The position numbers were made by a program, and so were the translations under genes. Below the pieces are notes generated by a model. It searched no databases. It was not told where the DNA came from and saw nothing but the letters and a program-made list of their open reading frames with translations. Source: Callorhinchus milii (taxonomy: Eukaryota). Taken from it: a stretch of DNA of 64,000 nt. Of this stretch, positions 11,089-23,494 are shown one piece after another. How positions within the stretch are numbered: position 1 is the first letter of the stretch; each line of letters begins with the position of its first letter. The stretch is taken from the NCBI RefSeq assembly GCF_018977255.1, contig NW_024704742.1, forward strand, positions 41,108,001-41,172,000, given 5' to 3'.

Positions 11089-12399
11089 TTTAAATGTTTG
11101 TTGCCTAATGCAGTTTACTGTCCTTAAGAAAAGGGAAGCTCTTGAAGAATCTATCGACTTCCTTCCGAAGTGGCCATATTGGCTGTTACCCGGCAGTATG
11201 TTTGGGAAAAGAAAAACTGGAGAACTGGTGCAACTACTCCGTAAGACATACAGGTAAGTCTTTACTATGTTGAGGAATACGAGTAGGAACTGCCACTAAA
11301 CTATTTTATTTGTTTTCTAAATGTACTGTACATTCAGTAAACAAATAAAACGCTTGCAGTATTTCTTACTCATGTTCTTCAGCATAAAAATGCTTAATGA
11401 AAGGCACACAACAACAAATTACATTTGCAGAGCGTCTTTCACTTTGAGAGGAAGTCCTAAGGCGCTGGACAGTCAGGGATTTGTACCCGAGCAGGAGGTT
11501 GGGATCAGGAAGAGTGGAGGGGAGGGGTAACGGGATGATCGAAGACGCGGTCGAAGTGGAAGTAGTCGAAGTGTTTCCTGTCTTGGTCAGCCACTGAGAA
11601 GTGTGTTTCCAGCACCCCATTCTATTTTCTCTCTCCCCTTACACACACACCTCTCTTCAGGGAGGTGACTTTAGCGAGTGCCTTGCTGAGCATTGTGTCA
11701 CCACTTTGGTTTGTATGTGAAGTTAAGAAGCTTAAAGACCAGTTTTAGCTGTGCTAAAGAGCTAAGGTAACCCACTGCTGTGCATGTGACTCAAGCATCA
11801 CAATCCCCAGCACATTGCAAGTATTAGCAGCAATTCCGCAACCATTAACAACACTAGCAGGAGATGTGATATACCTACATACAAGGTGATAAACTAACAG
11901 AATACTTTAGTACTCCTGGCAATATTTTAGTATTTAATCTTTGCTACATACATTGCAGTTCTCTCTCTTTTGACACACAATTGTTCAGCACAAACAGAAA
12001 GATTATGATTTTACAAGATCGGAAGACTGAATTGCTAAATAAACCATATGCAAGGTCAATTCAAGTCACATTATAACAAATGAAACTGTAAAATGTTTCC
12101 CGATATGAGACAATGGGCATGATTCTCTGGTCATCAGTAAAGTAAGCAAATGTGAGTTTATTCAAAAAACAATCACAAACTTGCTCTGCCAAGGTTGTAT
12201 CATTTGCTGACTAGCAGAGAATATGATGTATGTGTCAGTCAGGCTGGGTACATTTATTAATGATCAGAAAACAACAACCAGTTGCTAGGTTAGGCATACC
12301 GCATAAAGCTGGCATTGCAATATGGCAGTATGATTTTTATTTCTACAATGCTGATACCACATTTGTGTTCCAAAATACTGTCTTTTCTTCCCCACATCC

Positions 12400-13073
12400 A
12401 AGCCACAACCCGCTCTGCCTTCCCTCACCTCTGTAACATCACCCGATCTCACCCCTCAGGCCACTGAAACTCTTGTTCATACCTTCATCACCTCCAGGCT
12501 CGACTATGCAAACGTCCTGCTTGTCGGCCTTCCCAACTCCTCCCTCCACAAGCAGCAGATAATCCAGAATTCTGCAGCCCGTGTCCTCTCCGGCACCAAA
12601 CTGCGTGACCCCATATCTCCCACTCTCGCCCGACTCCATTGGCTCCCTATCCTTCAGAGGATCCAGGTCAAGTTCCTGGTCCTCACCTACAAAGCCCTCC
12701 ATGGCCTCGCCCCACCCTATCTCTGCGACCTTCCTAAACCCCTACCAACCCGCCAACTCCCTCTGCTCAGCCGGCTCTGGCCTGCTCCACGTCCCCCGCC
12801 CCACCCGCCCCACCATTGGCGAGAAAGCCTTCAGCCACTCTGCCCCCAACCTCTGGAATTCCATCCCCCAATCACTCTGCCTCGCCCCCTCCTTAGCCTC
12901 CTTCAAGTCTCGCCTCAAGACCCTCCTCTTCGACCATGCCATCAGCCACCCCCCTTCCCCTCCCCTCCCTTCCGCCCCTGACCCCAGCTCGAGTCTGAAA
13001 TGCTGTACGCTGTCCAGTGCCTTGGGACGTCCTCCCGATGTGAAAGGAGCTATGCAAATGTAATCTTCTTGTT
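12400..13073 (+). mobile_element. L2 LINE 3' fragment
   Basis: Coding remnants TSRLDYAN.LLVGLP, IQNSA, RLHWLP and FSHSAPNLWNSIP..SFKSRLKT; tail GGGACGTCCTCCCGATGTGAAAGG. Confidence 0.93.
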
Positions 13074-14346
13074 TTTTAGCACACAGACTAAGTAATGGGG
13101 AGGGTGGAATAATCAATCTTTGGTCTCATACTGGTCACACACCTTCTCCTTATAACTGATTTAGATAGTGTCAGAGTCCCATGGTAGGCAATGACTGCTT
13201 TGAATAATGTTGATTATGTACATTTTCATTGGACCTGTAAACATGAACCACATTATTCTGTTCTAAACAAACATTAAGAACTATTCTGAAAAGGCACCAC
13301 TGATGAATAGTTGTATATTCAACAACCACATTAAAGACACGAGTACTGTCCTTGTCTGACAATAACATGACCAATTAAAAAAATGTTTGCTGCAAATCCT
13401 GAGTCAGGGAAAAGAAAGTGGTGATTTACTGGAGAGGGTTCCCATAGGATTACCTCAAAGGTGGTTAACTCGTATCTTATTTCCTGCAGGCACCTGAGAG
13501 TTCATAAGAAACCTAGGATAAAACATGCTTTAGTAGTCTGTCCTCCAAATATCTGGTGCCTAAAAAAATTATAAATCGTGTGAAAATTGCATTTAATACT
13601 GGTACTAATTGTTACATCAATAAAAATTCCTTCTTTCCAACAACTAAACATATGAACTGGTCTGCATGTGTGATACCTCTCTCCTTCCCCGCACCTGATT
13701 CCATCACAGTGGTTGGGCCCGAAGCAAACCAGCAATACAGGACTGCCGTCCTGTTGCTCGCCATGTTAGACCGCTGGTTTGCAAGATATCAGCTTTATTC
13801 TTGAGTTACATCGGTATCCCTCTAACCAGTCATCCAATGCTTTGACCAGCGAGCAATTGCTCAGTGATTTCGGGAGGAGGGAAGGGGAAATCGTCTTGGA
13901 CCAGTCAATGTCTTTTGTTATTGTGAAATTTTCAACTATGGGTCGATTAATAATAATAATCCTTGCATTTGATATAGCGCTTTTCACGTCTTCTAGATGT
14001 CTCAAAGTGCTTCACAGAATATGCTGTAAAGTGAATTGACTGTATATTACACCCTGTGTTAATTATCATATCATGGATATCACTTACCCCCACACAAATA
14101 AAATCAATATATTCGCAAAATTCCGTGAAATATCCAGCAAGAGTTGAATTTATTTTTGATTTACAGTATTACCACATTACCAATTACCAACAAGCTACAC
14201 TGAGTTTTGAGATCCTCACTGATTTTACCAACAATAGATTCACTACATTTTAAAGTGTACCCTGTGAAGCTCTCTTGAGTTACATCAATTATGTGATCAG
14301 GCGCCTTATCGAATGCAAGGATTATCATTTCATAACCACGCTGATA

Positions 14347-14666
14347 CATAATAATAATAATCCTTGCATTTGATATAGCGCTTTTCACGTCGGGAGGACG
14401 TCCCAAAGCACTTCACAGAACACACTGTAAAGTGAATTGACTGTATATTTGTGAGCGAACGCAGCAGCCAATTGCGCACAGCAATGTCCCACAAACAGTC
14501 GTAGATTGAAAATGACCAATTTATTATTGTTTTTGTTTTTGGAGGGATTATTATTAGGCGTGTGGAGTAAGGAAACTTGCCCAAGGTTTCGCCCTCTGCC
14601 TGGAATTGAACTCAGGTCTCTCGCTTGCAAAGCGAGTGCTCTAACCACTGAGCTACAGGACTCCAC
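14347..14666 (-). mobile_element. SINE family A, short form, full length and young
   Basis: tRNA-Ala-like head with A box TAGCTCAGTGG, anticodon arm CTCGC-TTTGCAA-GCGAG and B box GAGTTCAATTCC; CCTTGGGCAAG; Deu 3' motif GCTGTGCGCAATTGGCTGC; L2-type tail with (ATT)n. Confidence 0.95.
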
Positions 14667-14667
14667 A

Positions 14668-14743
14668 AATCAAATGATAAATAGCATTTGAGGATGTTAC
14701 ATGGTACATGGTAACATCCTCAAATGCTATTTATCATTTGATT
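14668..14743. repeat. Perfect 33-bp inverted repeat with 10-bp spacer
   Basis: AATCAAATGATAAATAGCATTTGAGGATGTTAC-atggtacatg-GTAACATCCTCAAATGCTATTTATCATTTGATT. Confidence 0.97.
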
Positions 14744-16267
14744 AACATGATGGATACCACTGATTCAAAACATGTGAACAGCAATTCTATTTGCTCCAAG
14801 GTGATCCATTTTAAAGTATTCATCAGCAATTAGGACACGGGAGGTGATTAGGAGGGATGAGTGCTCATGTTGAGTATGAACTCGCTGATCAAAGCATCGG
14901 ATGACTGCTTAGAGGGTTACCAATGTAACTCAGGAATACTCAACGTGAGCCCCCATCTACGTTGTTCTATGTATATTAACTAAGTTAGGACAGGCAACAA
15001 AAAGCCTTGATTTGTAACACCTCAACAGCTTTAACACTGGCAAAACATATCTGTACCATTTAGCAAATTATTTGTAGAAAACATCTAGCTGACATGCACA
15101 TCAAGGTTTAAGCAAGATTTTAACCAAAGTAAACTAGGGATAAAGCAATTTGGCCATTCTGATCAGTGGCTGAAGAGGAGGGTACTGTAAACACACAATG
15201 CACATTAGTTTCAATAAGCTGTAGTTATGAACTCATTACAATAAAGCAAGCTCACTTCCTCTGATTCTTCAACAGAAAACACTTGCTAATGTAAAGGCCA
15301 TCAACAAAAATGCACATTAGGCATTAATAAGGGGTTGTGAAGAGGATCCGGAGATTCAAAGCCTGTTCAGCCCACTCACATTGTCAGCTTCACCATTTCC
15401 ATTTGTTCCACATTTGCTACGCCTTGACATTAAACTCACTGCTCTCAGCCACTGTTCCTGCTCTGCACCAACTCTAAATAATGTTGTCTTAGTAAAATGA
15501 GGTCCTGGTCACAATGATGTGCCACAATTACATGGCCACAATTGTAGCATTTTTTGAGAATGTTTTTTTCACTTCTTTTTCAACCTCCTCGGGCAATGCA
15601 CTTTGACCTATGCAAGCAGTCAATATTGTGCCAGGGCTTTGCCAACTCTGCTTCTGTTTAGCTGTCAGGTCAGGGAACTGCATGAAGGTTTGATTTTAAG
15701 TGATATTCATGGAACATTTGTAGGTTTTTCTTTGCCATTCCAGGAATTTCCTGTCTACAGTAGCTTCCAATTAGAAGCAATGTCTTTTTAAAATGTGCAG
15801 GAGGGATGAGAGTCTAGATTGTGGCTAATAAAGAAACCTTTGACAGATTTAATAGAAACAGCAGTTAGGTGCATTCACATACCAGGCAGGAGGAAGTCAT
15901 AAGTGTGTTAACTCTTAGACTCCCAACAGAGATTCTGCGGACCAACCATTTTCAGTTCATACAAATTGATACTGATGGGAACGTTCATATGACAGTAAGA
16001 AAGTTTGTCATTAGGAAAGGCTTTCTTGCTGTATTAACCATGAGTCACTAAAATAAATACAAAAATATAGTTGTTAAAAATATTTTGTACCCAGCATTCA
16101 CCCCGTCATCTCTATTTTTTCCTGCTGTTTTCTTGGCTTTCTTCCCTATTTACAGAGAGCCTGTCCTCTGTGCTGTCTATTATATGATCTTAGACACTGA
16201 AACCTAGTTCGTTGTGCAAGGAGATCAGCATCGCAAGAAAAACATAAGCTTAGACCTAAGTCATTAG

Positions 16268-16520
16268 TGTCAGCCTTGCTGAGATAGTAGCACTCTTACA
16301 TCTGAGACAGAAGGTTGTAGATTCAAGCTTGATAGTCTATCTAGCTTTACATTCCAATACAATATTGGGAGTGGCACTGAATTGTCATGGGTGCTGTTCT
16401 TTGGATGAGACATTAAAGTGAGGTTTCAGATGGATGGCACTATTCGGAAAAAGGAGTTTCTCCCAGTGTCTTGATCAACCAAAAAAAACACACCACATCA
16501 AACACAAGGATTATTATTAT
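16268..16520 (+). mobile_element. Deu-domain SINE family B, degraded
   Basis: GTGTCAGCCTTG head; GGATGAGACATTAAA and ATGGCACTATT..GGAGTTTCTCCCAGTGTCTTG Deu motifs. Confidence 0.7.
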
Positions 16521-16523
16521 TTT

Positions 16524-16836
16524 AATAATAATAATCCTTGCATTTGATACAGCACTTTTCACGTCTTCCAGACGTCTCAAAGCGCTTCACAGAATATACT
16601 GTAAAGTGAATTGACTGTATATTTGTGGGCAAAACGCAGCAGCCAATTGCGCACAGCAGTGTCCCATAAACAGTCGTAGATTGAAGTGACCAATTTATTA
16701 TTGTTTTTTTTTCTTGAGGGATTATTATCAGGCGTGTGGAGTAAGGAAACTTCCCTAAGGTTTCGTCCCATCAGGAATCGAATCCAGGTCTCTCGCTTGC
16801 AGGGTGAGTTCTCTAACCACTGAGCTACAGGACTTC
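16524..16836 (-). mobile_element. SINE family A, short form, full length
   Basis: Same architecture as 14347-14666; tail loop TGGAA. Confidence 0.92.
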
Positions 16837-17878
16837 ATTTTATTGAGAGCAATAAACAGCTCCACAGTCCAGGAATCAAGCAGGCCTTAGAACACACCAT
16901 TTGCTGGGGAAGGGAGGAAGAAGAATCCATTGCACAAATTATTTGGAAGAGATAAAAGGATCTTTGAACTCAGAAAATATGAAGAGTTCCTTTCATTTCC
17001 CAGAGAACTGAGGCAATCTTGAGTAATACTTGAAAGATTTCTCAAAAATAAAATACAGTAATTAGAAATTCAACAAGGCCCATGGGCATGAATCAGGCTC
17101 TCAACAGTCAAGCTCAGAAGACAGAAGGTGAATAGACCGTTTAGATTTAACCACCTTATATTGAGACTGCATAATATGGGGAATAGATATTTCAACATTA
17201 AGTCTGACTGATGAGCCGAGGAGACCGGTCAAACATTAACTTGGATTACAGCAGACTGAAGGCAGCCTCCCCAGCTAGACCTGCATTAGCTCCCTCCAAT
17301 GATAAAAAAAATGTTTTGGATGTGGTATTTATCATCCTGGAATGGTGAAGCGACAAGTGGCTCTAGTCGGATATCAACCCAGGACCTTTATGTTCCACGG
17401 CCAATTCTAAATCAACTGAGATAGTCTTTAAGTCCAGTTTTGGCAATTGAAACAGTTATCTGAACCCAGAGATTAGATTGCAGCTTTGAAATTATTCTGC
17501 ACTATTGTTGATAGCATCTACTGCTCCACTTCTTACATAACATATACTGTATTCTGTTTTGAGTGAGTTTTGACGTTGGCAGTAGCTGTGGGGGTGAAGC
17601 ATTGCTGCCAAAAAACTCCACTGCACCAAACATTATCTGGGCTTGATCCTGCTCACTTGATTACAAATTATTTTGCTTATTAATGATTTGCTATCACTTG
17701 TGATTATCACATGGACTCAAGCTTAGAAGAGGGAAGGGTGAAGAGGCATCTTAGATTTAATTACTCTGCACAGACAGTAGTGAAGTTGTGGAACCCGCTA
17801 CACAGCGAGGTGGTGTAGGCAGATTCTGACAGCAAATTTAAGTGGGAAATCAATAGCTATTTCGCAATAAAATCAATT

Positions 17879-18314
17879 GAACAACAACAAAAGGATTCCA
17901 TTTATAGAGCGCCTTTCACGTCGGGAGGACGTTCCAAGGCGCTGGACAGTTGGGTCAGGACCCGAGGAGGGGGGAAATGGTCAGGGTGAGGGGAGGAAAG
18001 GGAGAGAGCGAGGAGGGGGTAGAGAGTCGAGAGTGGAGCTGAAGGCACGGTCAAAGAGAAAGGTCTTGAGACCGGCCTTGAAGGAGGAAAGGGAGGAGGC
18101 GGCGAAGGCACTGGGGGATGGAGTTCCAGAGCCTGGGGGCTGAGAGGCTGAAGCCCCGGCCACCGATGGTAGGGCGGTTGGGGCGGGGGATGTGGAGTAG
18201 ACCGGAGCCAGAGGAACGGAGGGTACGGGCAGGTAAGTAGGGGGATAGTAGGTCGGAGAGGTAGGAGGGAGCAAGGCCGTGAATGGCCTTGGAGGTGAGG
18301 ACGAGGATCTTGAA
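17879..18314 (-). mobile_element. Young L2 LINE 3' fragment
   Basis: FKILVLTSKAIHGLAPSYLSDLLSPY..RTLRS..GGRGFSLSAPRLWNSIP; (TTG)n tail; nearly identical to 39568-40004. Confidence 0.95.
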
Positions 18315-18781
18315 GTGTACAAGAGATTGAGTGGTGCATATTTTGTTTACATTAGGTCCAGTTGGATTGACACAATAGTCTATTCCATTGCTGTATGCTC
18401 TCCTATTCTCAGAATCCAAATACCTGATTTGAACACTCGAGTTGATCCAAAACAACATGGCTAAGAATTAAATCTGGGACTACCTTTCAGAACACTATGC
18501 ACTAACCATCATGCTTAACCACTGAACCATTAAGATAATGTGTTTGAATGGACTGGAATCTCATCTCAACTCTGAAAAATGGAGGCACTCTCTCGCACAA
18601 AAATATCTGAGGAGGTTTTTTTATAAATAAATGATCCTGAAATATTATGAGTTTTCAGAAGAATATCCTGTCAATACTAATTCAATACTAGGAAAAATGA
18701 TGGAAAAAAGTAATAAGAGGAAAATAATGGATAAGACGCAACAACCTAAATGGACCCCCTCATTTTCATTCACTGGTTGAA

Positions 18782-19212
18782 ACAACAGCTGGAATTTCTA
18801 TAGCACCCTTCAGTTAGAATAATGTCTCAGAGCGCTCTGTGCCTTCATTTTGGAAGGTTGAGAAGGGATTTGTAGGTGATGGTGAGGATATTGCCATGTG
18901 TATTTGTAGGGGAATGCAGCAGGACATTTTGCACACACCAATGTCCCACAAACAGCCATGAAACAAACGATCAATTTTACTTGGGTGATTGTTGGCCAGG
19001 ACACCAGAAGAAACTCTTTCGATTAGTGCCACGCGATCTTTATAGTCCACCTGACCAGTTGAACACCTTGTCTGAAGGATCCAACAATGCAGTGCACCCT
19101 CAGCACTGCAATAGAGTGTCAGCTTGTCCTGTTCCAAGTCCCGACATGGGGCTTGAACCCATAACTTTCTGACTCAGAGGCAAAAATGCTACCAACTGAG
19201 CCAGGCTGACAC
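18782..19212 (-). mobile_element. Deu-domain SINE family B, near full length
   Basis: Reverse complement: GTGTCAGCCTGGCTCAGTTGGTAGC..CTCTGAGTCAG..GGGTTCAAGCCCC..GTGCTGAGGGTGCACTGC..GTGTCCTGGCCAAC..GGCTGTTTGTGGGACATTG. Confidence 0.85.
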
Positions 19213-19829
19213 ACAAGACGCCAGACCACAAGATACAAAATCAAGAGGCGGACTGCACGAGAAGCAGAGGTCGCTCCCAAAAATACAAAAAAAAATGGAA
19301 AATTTTAGCAATACAAAATAGTTGAAATGCTACAGTACATCGGAGCCAGTGTAAAAGATAAAGAAAATCTGCAGAAATGCCAATTAAACATTCCTGAGAA
19401 ACTGAAACAAAAATCTCACTGGGTTTGTGCAATCCTGTGGCATTAAAGTGTACAAATGATAAGTTCATGTAGAGTTCACATTCTAAGAATGTAAGATGAC
19501 TTTTGCATTTTCACAGATGAGTCCCCACATCTAACACCAAACTGATACAGACAGCAAACTGCAACCAGTTATAGATATTGACATGTCTCACCATGAATAA
19601 AGCGTAGCACCCAAGCTCCCAGCATACAGAGAGGAGAGGGTGCTGCCGAGTGACCGGATCACTCATGCCTGGATCCTCCATGTGGCCTTCTCTGGGATTT
19701 GAAAAGCAAGCTTGCGAATCGCATGCAAAATACAAAACATATTACCCTGACAGGCAGGGGCAGTTCCATCTAATTTCCCACCAAATACTAGAAAGTGCCA
19801 TTGCCCGGTTCCATGTCACTGTGCATGAG

Positions 19830-20140
19830 AGCACGGGAATGGGATTAATTTGACCATCTTTTTCAAAGAGCCAGCACGGACATGATGAGCTGAATGGCCT
19901 CCTTCTGTGCTGTATAATTCTATGATTCTATGAACATTTCTTCACTCAGCAATGCCTGCCCCAGAAGGCCATACAGGCAGAACTAATTCAATGTTTAGAA
20001 GGGAAATAGATATTTGGGAATTACGGTCTTAAAAGAGCAGGGACAAAAAGAGGTTAAATGGGATTAGGAATATCTGCTATCATATAATAAAATGATGGAA
20101 AAGGATCAATGGGCCAAATGGCCTCCTCCTGTGACTATGT
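19830..20140 (+). mobile_element. CR1 3'-end fragments
   Basis: CAAAGAGCCAGCACGGACATGATGAGCTGAATGGCCTCCTTCTGTGCTGTATAATTCTATGATTCTATG, followed by an older CR1 tail. Confidence 0.8.
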
Positions 20141-20399
20141 TCCCTAGTTACAGTGATAAACTACTGTCGCAACACCTTTTTATTTTATATTAGCTATCAG
20201 TCTTCTCTTCCTTTTATTACCTGTTGTCCTTTCAACCTAAAATTTCACCTAATCACTTATTCTGCATTTATCTACACTTTTGATCCTTGATGGTTTCCCA
20301 CACTTTGGATCTCAGCACTTCACATATTTCAGCAATGGATCTCAGCTCTAAATATAGAAAATAGCATGTAGCAAACATGGACTCAAATAATTTAGTAAA

Positions 20400-20820
20400 A
20401 ATTATGGATTCAAGCCCCAGGTCTTGTTTAGGCTGACATTCCACTGCAGTACTGGAAAAGCACTTCATAGTTGAAGGTGGTGTCTTTTGGTGGTGATAAA
20501 CCAAGATCCAGTCTACCTGGCTTCAGGCGGATAACACAGATCCCATGACATTATAACATAATAATAATCCTTGCATTTAATATAGCGCTTTTTCACGACT
20601 TCTCGACGTCTCAAAGCGCTTCACAGAATAGACTGCAAAGTGAATTGACCATATATTTGTGGGCGAAACGCGGCAGCCAATTGCGCACAGAAGTGTCCCA
20701 CAGTCTGAATTGAAAATTACCAATTTATTATTGCTTTGTTTTTTGGAGGGATTATTATCCTCCAGAATAGAACATTCCTCGCATAACTGTGGGACTCTCT
20801 TGCGCATAGATTGTTTACCA
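20400..20820. mobile_element. Family B fragment (plus, ~20400-20555) abutting a headless family A copy (minus, ~20560-20820)
   Basis: Deu motif GATCCCATGAC in the first part; family A tail and Deu 3' motif in the second. Confidence 0.8.
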
Positions 20821-21065
20821 CATTTGCCCATAAAAAAGTCACTATACAGTTATTACTGTGAATAGCTTTGAAATCTTTCAAAATTATTGCCACTATAAAA
20901 ATGTTTATCTGTCTATGTGGATTTAGCTAGTTAAACTCCAGGAGTACCCGCGCTTCACCCACAAAATATACAGTCAAGTTGCTTTACAGTATATTCTGTG
21001 AAGCACTTTGAGACATCTCAAAGATGTGATAAGGGGCTATATCAAATGCAAGGATTGTTACTATT

Positions 21066-21308
21066 ATCCCATCGCACACCATGGAGTCCCCAAGCCTTGG
21101 CTCTTGCCAACCTGCGCCTAATACTTTCCAGAATTAGGTAAGCAGGATGTGTCCCTCCAGGGAGAGAGTGCGCATTCCATTCCGACAATCTATCTCTGGG
21201 ATTTCCATGTGTTGGTGGGATGTATGGAATTTTCAGTCTGGTTTGGATACTCTTGAGCATTTTGATGGGTTTTCGCATGTGTCAGACACCCAGCTGACCA
21301 AAAAAAAA
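21066..21308 (+). mobile_element. Family X 3' end
   Basis: GTCCCTCCAGGGAGAGAGTG.GCATTCCATTCC..GGTTTGGATACTCTT..GTGTCAGACACCCAGCTGACC(A)n; matches 59460-59612. Confidence 0.8.
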
Positions 21309-22249
21309 TCTTTCTCTTTCTCTATTTATCTATTTCTCTCTTTATCTCTCTGTCTCAGGACTTTGTAATGAAATGATGAGCTGCACAAGCAATGTGCACA
21401 TATGGTTCTCATTTCCGAAAAGCTTTGTGACTGTTCACTGAGCAACACAGATCTTTAAGGTCAATGGTGTTTGTACACTGCTTTGTTTTCCATGTGTTTG
21501 GAGGAAAGAACTGAAGCATTTTTTCCATACTACGAAACTGCCAACGACAAGTAATTCCTCTTTTTGACTGTGCGGACAACAAATGTATAAGTAGGCACTG
21601 ACAACTTATATTTTGATCTGAACAGGAGAAATCTCTCCTTACATGTGTCCAACACAGGATGACGAGAAAGACGTGAAGCTACCCTCTTATCTAAAAAAAA
21701 TCATAATTTCTTTAAGACATAGTATCACAACTTTTTGGTCACCCTGTACAAACTGAGATATGGATATAGAACACGAAGGGTGAATTAACCCAGGGCATTA
21801 ATGACATACTTTAAATTATTGTTAATGTACTGTTTCAATCAATTGTTACTGAGAGATAGGTCTTTTGTAGCTTAACAACATCATTTTTTGTTTAAAAAAT
21901 ACAGCAGATCCTGAATTATCCCCGCTCCGATTATTCGCCACGCTCTGCTTGCTTCTTCGACTCTGCTCCCATCGTGGCTCACTTCCCTGGTGCTTTGCTC
22001 ACCTCCCCCACTGCTCCAGGCTCCTGCTCATATCTGAATATAACGGTGTAAAGATTTTCAGTGTTATATGTCATCTGATTTCATTTTCTGAACATTTTTG
22101 AAGCAATGTATTATTGTATTATTGCCGACTTAGAATTGAATTTTTTCAAGTAAGATTTTCCTGCAGAGCAAAACATTCTTGATGGGATATGAAACAACAT
22201 AACATTCATGGAATTCTACAACCGACCCTTCAATCATTAATAAAATAAG

Positions 22250-22381
22250 TCCGGGAGAGAGCGCACATTCCATTTCAAACATGTGTAAGCAACATGCATG
22301 TAACTTCCAGTTTGGCATGCATACTCTTCAGCATGATGATGAGTTTCTGCATGTGTCAGACGCCCGGCTGATCAAAAAAAA
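22250..22381 (+). mobile_element. Family X 3' end
   Basis: GGGAGAGAGCGCACATTCCATT..GCATGTGTCAGACGCCCGGCTGATC(A)n. Confidence 0.75.
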
Positions 22382-23494
22382 CATTGCTTTTAAAAATGTA
22401 GTATTTCAAGTGAAATGAAAGCTGCAAGCCTCAAGTTATATATTATAACCATGATTGTACAGTAAACTCAAATAAACCTCATCTTTATAAATCGTATAAT
22501 CACCTAAGTCGTACATGCACCCGAGCCCCATTCAGTTTCCTATCAAAACCACTCAGATTTCTTTGCACTACTCGTATTAAGCACCTCCTAACTCGTAAGA
22601 CCACTTCCTTACCCTCCATTACTCCCACACTTACCGGCTGCATTGAATCGCGGGTAATTGCATCCTGACTGGTCAATGCATGTGCAGAAGAATTTAATTT
22701 CCCCCAATGCAACGCGATTACAACGCTTGCCAGTAAGTGTGTATGCGGCGACGGTCAAAATGCATTGAATCGTAGGAAATGTGATCTTGACCCGTACCAC
22801 ATTCACACTTACCGGCTGCATTAAATTACGCATGCACAGTGTAGATTATTGATTTAATTGGATTTTGCACAATTTATAGTTTGCTTGCAACAGACTTCAC
22901 ACAAGTCATATTAAATGTTATGGTACCGACTGATTATGTGAGTTTTATTGTGTTACATAGATCTACATAGAATGTACAACATGGAATCAGGCCATTCAAC
23001 CCAATATAAAGACCGGTTTCTGCCGGTCTTTATATTCTGCATAGTTTCGCTCACAAAATATACAGTCAATTTACTTTACAGTATATTCTGTGAAGTGCTT
23101 TGAGACGTCTCGAAGACGTGATAAGGCACTATATCAAATGCAAGGATCATTATTATGAGACTTCATCCATTCCTTACTTTTCCCACACCCTTTTTTCTAT
23201 TCCTTTCTCTCTCATGTGTATACCCAGCTTCCTCTCAAATGCATCCAGACTACCCTATTCAACTACCACATTCATCAGTTCAGTAAATTCACCTCGATTA
23301 ACTGCTAATCTGATTACAGCTGTTATAGCAGGTAATCAAAGACCCACTTAAAATTTTAATGAGCTCCTGTAAAAACAAAATGACAACCCTTCCTATGTGA
23401 TAGACTTGGGTACCAAAACAATACACCTCTGCCCTCATTGCCCCTTACAATGATTTTGGATCTGTTTCACCAAAAAGAGCAATACTCTGTTCTG

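Noticed and set aside
14595..14666. tRNA-Ala gene (also at ~16765, 49511, 52785, 53550, 60768)
   Set aside because: These are SINE heads continuous with the SINE body and tail; the terminal acceptor pair is mismatched and copies are mutated.
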